Origin: Octopus sinensis
Lineage: Eukaryota
NCBI RefSeq assembly: GCF_006345805.1
Contig: NW_021825961.1
Coordinates: 1-14,079 of the forward strand
Direction of reading: 5' to 3'
Length of the DNA stretch: 14,079 nt
Made by a program: the position numbers and the translations under genes. The notes beneath the pieces are model-generated. The model was given only the letters and a program-made list of their open reading frames with translations. It did no database searches and was not told the DNA's origin. Of the stretch, positions 8,216 through 14,079 are shown in pieces (position 1 is the stretch's first letter; every line of letters begins with the position of its first letter).

Positions 8216-8420
8216 GCTTACACATGTGAGGGTTTTGCTCGGTTCAGCCTGGATAATCCGATAAGTGCACCCTAACCGCACCGCCCGACACATTCGACAA
8301 AATGGACACCCAACAGTATTGAAAAGCAGTTATCGAAGAAATCCCGGCGATCAATTAACGTAATTGGCCGTGACAAATATATGATGGAAATTCTTGCGTT
8401 TCTCTCACTTCATACGTACT

Positions 8421-8873
8421 AACACAGATACACACACACACACACCACACACACACAAACGCACGCAATATACATATGCATATAGACTCACATACAAAAT
8501 ATATGCGGACGTACTTACATATACATACATACATACATACATACATACACACACACATATATATGTGTGTGTGTGTGTGTGTATATATTGATATGCGCAC
8601 ATGCACACAATACACACGCACACACATACATACACATACATACACACACATACATGCATACACACACATATATACACACATATACACATATACATACATA
8701 CATACATACATACATACATGCATACATGCTCATACAAGCACATATATATGTATACGCACAAACGCATACGCATCCATACATTCGTACATACATGCATAAA
8801 TATAAATACATGCGTATATATATATATATATATATGCATTTAAGCGCAAATGTGTGTGTGTGTGTGTGTGTGT
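8421..8873. repeat. Compound CA/CATA/TA/TG alternating purine-pyrimidine tract
   Basis: Directly visible; source of the many HT/CV/YI ORFs. Confidence 0.95.
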
Positions 8874-9005
8874 ATCGCACCAAAACTAGACAAACTAATA
8901 TAGTTACAAAGTCAGCGAGTATCAAACGTCTACCTCTGAGTACATTCGAACGCACACGCTTCACACACACGGTGTGGGGAGTATGGGGGGAGGAGTGTTA
9001 GTGGA

Positions 9006-9510
9006 GTGGTGTTGAAGTGGTGGTGGTGGTGGTGGTGGTGGTTGGTGGTTCTGGTGTTAGGTGGTGCTATTGATGATAACGATAATAATGATCGTCATAA
9101 CGATGATGGTGATGATAATGATGATGATGATGATGACGACGACAACGACACAACGTCCTCAACGACGACAATGATGACAATGACGGATGACGATGACAGA
9201 GATGATGACAATGATGATGATGATTATGGTGGTGGTGGTGTGGTTGGTGGCGGCGGCGGCGGCGACAGTGGCGACAGCGGCTTTGGCGAAGATGATGTTG
9301 TTGTTGGTGGTGGTGGTGGTGGTGGTGGTGGTGGTGGTGTTGGTGGTGGTGTTGGTGGTGTTGGTGGTGGTGGTGGTGGTAGTGGTGGTGGTGGTGGTGG
9401 TGGTGCCACTGCTGCTGCTGCTGCTGTTGATGATGACGACGACAACAACGACGATGATGGCAGCGGTGCTGATGACGACGACGATGACTACGATAATGAT
9501 GATGATGCTG
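9006..9510. repeat. Mosaic trinucleotide array (GGT, GAT, GAC, GGC, GTT, GCT)
   Basis: Directly visible; translates as poly-G/D/V/H/P. Confidence 0.95.
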
Positions 9511-9917
9511 ACGTGTCATTTCAATCATTAATTTCATAGAGTGAACCCAGTCACCTCATTATTACTTAGCTGGACTTACAGGCTGAGTTGATCTCGCTAA
9601 GCTCCCACTGAAGCTGGAAGCATGCACCAATGGATTGTATTTCATGGCGGCATTTGTTAACAAAACATTCGAGAATTTTCACTGCACTGCACCGTCGCTT
9701 CTCTTTAACACCTACACCTATGGCTTCCATCAACAGCCTTGTATTTCTAACACTTGTCATCAGCCATTCTCGCATTTCCGTTTTTCTCGCAAAATACTCA
9801 CATACACACACTTACACACATCTATGTACATTGTTATATACGAGGAGTGGAGCGGGTGGCGATGAAACGTTCCTGGATCTGGGTAAAAGAAAATATCGGA
9901 GAGTCATTTAAAGAAAA

Positions 9918-10285
9918 CTAGCAGTATCGCCCGGCGTTGCTCGGGTTTGTTTCGACCCTTTAGAATTGGAATTTTTGAAAAGTAAAAATTTTGCATTATG
10001 TAGCCTGTTATTCTCTTTAAGTGAACATTTTTCTGGTTGAAATACACCGATAAATGGCGACACAGCAGTCAAAAAATCGTAAAAAATAGGGATTTTCATA
10101 GAAAATGTTTGGTGTTAACATGGTCCGATTTGAATTTTATCTTCTACGGAAGGAAGAGAAAGCCTTCTTCTATCATACTCTCAATTTTGGTCAACTTGTA
10201 CCACAGGGTCTCGTCGGAGATAGTGTTAGTTGAAGGCTACCAAACCTGCCATACACAGACAACTTCAGCTTTATATATAGAGAGA
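9918..10285 (-). mobile_element. Non-autonomous Helitron (368 bp)
   Basis: Minus strand A|TCTCTCTATATATAAAG ... CCCGAGCAACGCCGGG hairpin (9930-9945) 12 nt before the terminus ...GCTAG|T; 5' TC, 3' CTAG, A|T insertion site and no TSD match canonical Helitron termini. Confidence 0.88.
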
Positions 10286-10435
10286 TTTTATTCAACATAT
10301 TTCTCCCTTAGATTCACACACTTATTGCAGCGATCCTTCAGTTTTTCAGAGCCCTGTAAAAGGACTCAGAAAGTTGAACCACCAGCCGGGCATTTTGCGA
10401 CATCCTTAAAGCCAGGAACTTTTCAGCAGCCTCGT

Positions 10436-10448
10436 GGTGTGTGTGTGT

Positions 10449-10498
<50 letters not shown>

Positions 10499-10532
10499 TG
10501 TGTGTCTGTGTGTATACGTATTTATATATGTA
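10436..10532. repeat. (GT)n microsatellite with TA-rich end
   Basis: Directly visible. Confidence 0.96.
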
Positions 10533-10759
10533 TATTGACAAACCGTGTGTGACAACGCAAGAAGTACGCATCAATATCGTTGGAAATAAAGAACTATATT
10601 GAATGACACAGAATAAAGGCTGAAACTCTTCCGAAGTGTGAACTGAAGATGTAAAACCTGATCAATTCATTCACAAACCTCAACTCCATTGAATATGACA
10701 ACAGCAAACAATATCCCGGCCGTTACGTTTCACCAATCACCGAGTTCGCTTGGTGTATA

Positions 10760-10985
10760 TATATTTCTTTACCACCCACAAGGGGCTACACACAGAGGGG
10801 ACAAACAAGGACAGACAAACGGATTAAGTCGACCCCAGTGCGTAACTGGTACTTAATTTATCGACCCCGAAAGGATGAAAGGCAAAGTCGACCTCGGCGG
10901 AATTTGAACTCAGAACGTAACGGCAGACGAAATACAGTTACGCATTTCGCCCGGCGTGCTAACGTTTCTGCCAGCTCGCCGCCTT
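10760..10985 (-). mobile_element. Full-length SINE (family B)
   Basis: Reverse complement of 2358-2592; 17-bp TSD AGTTC(G/A)CTTGGTGTATA at 10743-10759 and 10986-11002; 9-bp internal deletion near 10830. Confidence 0.95.
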
Positions 10986-11137
10986 AGTTCACTTGGTGTA
11001 TAACGCCGGTTCTGGGTGCTGTGGTAGTACTTTAGGATGCTATAGAGGTGTCCAATCATGCAGTGGGAAGCAATGTGTGGTTTACTATAGTTTACTATAG
11101 CATTACATGTTGCCGTTCGTAATAGCGAAAAAGGACC

Positions 11138-11179
11138 GAAGGCGGCGAGCTAGCACGCCGGGCAAAATGCTTAGCGGTT
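11138..11179 (+). mobile_element. Family B SINE 5' head fragment
   Basis: GAAGGCGGCGAGC-TAGCACGCCGGGCAAAATGCTTAGCGGT matches the 2358 head with a short internal deletion; truncated by the TG-rich array. Confidence 0.85.
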
Positions 11180-11520
11180 ATATATGTGTACGTATGCGTG
11201 TTTGTACATGTGTGCATGTGTACGTGTGTGTGTGTGTGTGTTTGTTTGTACGTGTGCGAATGTGTACATATGTGTATGTGTATGCATGTGTGTGCATGTA
11301 AGTGTATGTTTGCGTGTGTGTGTTATATATGTGTGTGTATGCGCGTTTGCACATGTGTGCATATGTACGTGTGTGTGTGTGTTTGTATATGTGCGAATGT
11401 GTACATATATGCACGTGTGTGCATGTAAGTGTATGTTTGCGTGTGTGTGTTATATATGTGTGTGTATGCGCGTTTGCACATGTGTGCATATGTACGTGTG
11501 TGTATGTATGCGCGTATGTT
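11178..11520. repeat. TG-rich minisatellite, ~2.4 copies of a 127-144 bp unit
   Basis: Unit start GTTATATATGTGT..GTATGCG.GTTTG.ACATGTGTGCAT recurs at 11178, 11322 and 11449. Confidence 0.88.
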
Positions 11521-11667
11521 GTGTTTTTCCCCACCCCGTCCACCTGCTGCGCCATCACCTTCATAGTCACGTCTCACTGATTTCCAGGTATTTCATCTTG
11601 TTGTTGTTGTTACTAACGTTTTGTTTTTTTAATATTATTTATTTTTACGTTGCCGTTTTTATGGTTT

Positions 11668-11900
11668 TGTTTGTTGATGTTGCTGCTGCTGTTGTTGTTG
11701 CTGTTGATGCTGCTGCTGCTGTTGTTGTGGTTGTTGTTGTTGTTCTTCTTCTTCTTCTTGCTGGTGTTGTTGTCGTTGTTCTTCTTCTTCATCTTCTTCT
11801 TCTCCTTCTTGCTGTTGTTATTGTTGCTGCTGTTGTTGTTGTTGGTGGTGGTGGCGTTGCTGCTGTTGTTGTTGTTGTTCTTGTTGTTGTTCTTCTTGCA
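11668..11900. repeat. Mosaic trinucleotide array (GTT, GCT, CTT, GGT)
   Basis: Directly visible. Confidence 0.95.
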
Positions 11901-12035
11901 ACATTCCTCCTGCATCCATAAAAAAAAACAAAATCACCAATCCGAAAATTCACCGAAGCGTGAATTTTTTTTTTTTCAATCTACAAAGATTTCTTTTTAA
12001 ATGTCAAACAATGCACATCCCTGAGTGTGCATCTC

Positions 12036-12128
<93 letters not shown>

Positions 12129-12807
12129 GTGGGACTGTGAGGATGCGAGTGCATTTATGTATAAATGCGATTGTGCGTATGTGTATATGTATGTATGTGT
12201 ATGTATGTGTACGTATGTGTACGTATGTGTATATGTATGTATGTGTATGTGTACGTATGTGCATATATATGTATATGTTTGTATGTGTATGTCTATGCTA
12301 ATGCGTGTATGTGCGTGTGTATATTTTTGTGTGTATGTATGCGTAAGTATTGTGTAGCATGTATTATGTGTGCATTGGTGTGTATGTGTGTATATTTGTT
12401 GTGTGTGTATGTGTGAGAATTTATGTGTTTTGAAATGTGTGTGTACTTATATGTGCGTGTGTGTATATGTAATTGTGTATTTGTGTGTATGTGTGTGCAT
12501 GTATGTATTTGTATGTGTGTGTATTTGTGTGCGTGTGTGTGCTACTGTGACGGGTGCGCATTTATATGTGTATATCGTAAGCGCCCATGTGCCTGTGTGT
12601 ATGTGTGTGTATGTGTATGTCCATGTGTGTATGTGCATGTGTATATATTTGTGTATACGTATGGGCAAGAGTAACTATGTGTGAGCAAGTGTGTATTTAT
12701 GTGCGCATATATGTGCGTGTGTGTGTAAATGTGCATTTGTGTATATGTGTGCATGTGTGTATTTGAATGTGCGTGTGTGTATATGTGCGTGCATGTGTGT
12801 ATTTGAA

Positions 12808-12838
<31 letters not shown>

Positions 12839-13046
12839 TAATCACCACTTCATTACTAGTGATGCAATGCGCAGATGCAAGTGTGTATGAAATCGTGCGA
12901 ACAAACGTGAATTTGAAGATCCGAATGGAATTTTCAGAGTAAAAATGCGTACGTGTGTACATGTACAGAGTTGTGTGGGTACGCGCGCGTGTGTGTGTGT
13001 ATAAGTATGTGTTTGTGTATGCATGTATAATTGTGTGCGTGCGTGT
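12036..13046. repeat. (GT)n followed by a ~0.9 kb degenerate GT/AT alternating tract
   Basis: Perfect GT run 12041-12123, then degenerate TG/TA repeats with a short interruption near 12840-12945. Confidence 0.95.
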
Positions 13047-13088
13047 AAATGGATGTAAGCGTTTACCATTTTGCTTCAATGAGAAATC

Positions 13089-13149
13089 ATTATATTTATT
13101 TATTTATTTATTCATTTTATCATCATTATTATTATTGTTATTATTGTTG

Positions 13150-13242
<93 letters not shown>
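13089..13242. repeat. (ATTT)n plus long (ATT)n microsatellite
   Basis: Directly visible. Confidence 0.97.
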
Positions 13243-13243
<1 letters not shown>

Positions 13244-13433
13244 GAACAAATATAATTAAGTTACAGTCATTAAGTTTTAGTGATTTCCACAAAAGATTTG
13301 ATTGGCTGGGGTAAAACTACAAAAACTTCATTTTCGTGCAGTGTGCGTGGAGCAGGACGATCTCAACATAACCACTTCCATCAGATTGCAAACATTTAAA
13401 TTACATTCTCAAAAGGAATTTGGGTCCAACACT

Positions 13434-13759
13434 TAAAGACTCCGCCGGTTACGACGACGAGGGTCCCAGCTGATACGATCAACGGAACAGCTTGCTCGTG
13501 AAATTAACGTGCAAATGGCTGAGCATTCCACAGACACGTGTACCCTTAACGTAGTTCTCGGGGATAATCAGCGTGACACAGAGAGTGACAAGGCTGACCC
13601 TTTAAAAATACAAGTACAACTCATTTTTGCCAGCTGAGTGGACTGGAGCAACGTGAAATAAAGTGTCTTGCTCAAGGACACAACGCGTCGCCGGGAATCG
13701 AACTCACAACCTTACGATCATGAGCCGAATGCCCTAACCACTAAGCCACGCGCCCTCAC
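13434..13759 (-). mobile_element. Full-length tRNA-derived SINE (family A)
   Basis: Minus strand GTGAGGGCGCGTGGCTTAGTGGTTAGG...GAGTTCGATTCCC...GTGTCCTTGAGCAAGACACTT...; perfect 12-bp TSD GGGTCCAACACT at 13422-13433 and 13760-13771. Confidence 0.95.
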
Positions 13760-14050
13760 GGGTCCAACACTACACGCTAGGTATACGTATATGACGTTTA
13801 GTGTTGGACTGGGCCTGTTTGACGGTGAAATATTTCGGTCAAGCATCCGATATGCAATGCAATTGCCAGATTAAGACGTATAGATGCCCTAAGCACTTTA
13901 GTGCCCCCATGTATATGTAATTCAAAATTTAAACAATTATAAGCCGAGGAATAGATTTTTATATTTCGAAATGAAACAAAACTAACAATAAGATGGAAAA
14001 TAGTATTTATTTTTGTATACTTCCAATTCGTTTATATTTGAAAAGTTTTC

Positions 14051-14073
14051 CACCCCCCTACCCCCCCCCCCCC
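14051..14073. repeat. Poly-C tract
   Basis: Directly visible C6 and C13 runs. Confidence 0.85.
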
Positions 14074-14079
14074 GTCATT

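Noticed and set aside
9580-9613. Possible 34-nt minus-strand micro-exon (TGCTTCCAG ... GTAAGT)
   Set aside because: Weak polypyrimidine tract and no recognisable peptide; expected by chance without RNA evidence.
10037-10552. 171-aa ORF
   Set aside because: Spans the Helitron interior, unique sequence and a GT repeat; no homology recognised.
11081-11100. Perfect 10-bp tandem duplication TTTACTATAG (possible excision footprint)
   Set aside because: Indistinguishable from simple slippage.
80-13314. Numerous long ORFs rich in HT, CV, YI, poly-L/N/G/D
   Set aside because: All coincide with microsatellites that lack stop codons by composition; no recognisable domains.
1-14079. CRISPR array or prokaryotic operon
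   Set aside because: No regularly spaced repeat-spacer structure and no gene-dense coding sequence; composition is typical of animal non-coding DNA.

Overview
AT-rich, non-coding eukaryotic DNA (intron or intergenic), most likely from an octopus or other coleoid cephalopod, inferred from the repeat families recognised from memory. No intact protein-coding gene is supported; almost all listed ORFs are translations of microsatellites. The window is a mosaic of several tRNA-derived SINE families (five copies with recognisable 12-19 bp target-site duplications), a complete non-autonomous Helitron (9918-10285), a ~400 bp long-inverted-repeat MITE-like element (7292-7697), the truncated left end of a mariner transposon (3246-3472) and extensive di- and trinucleotide repeats. 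The most notable signals are two minimal type I hammerhead-ribozyme motifs of the Penelope-like kind (3496-3541 +, apparently intact; 7221-7253 -, degenerate), modular head/tail swapping among the SINEs, and a headless head-to-tail SINE junction present twice in inverted orientation (5593-6050).
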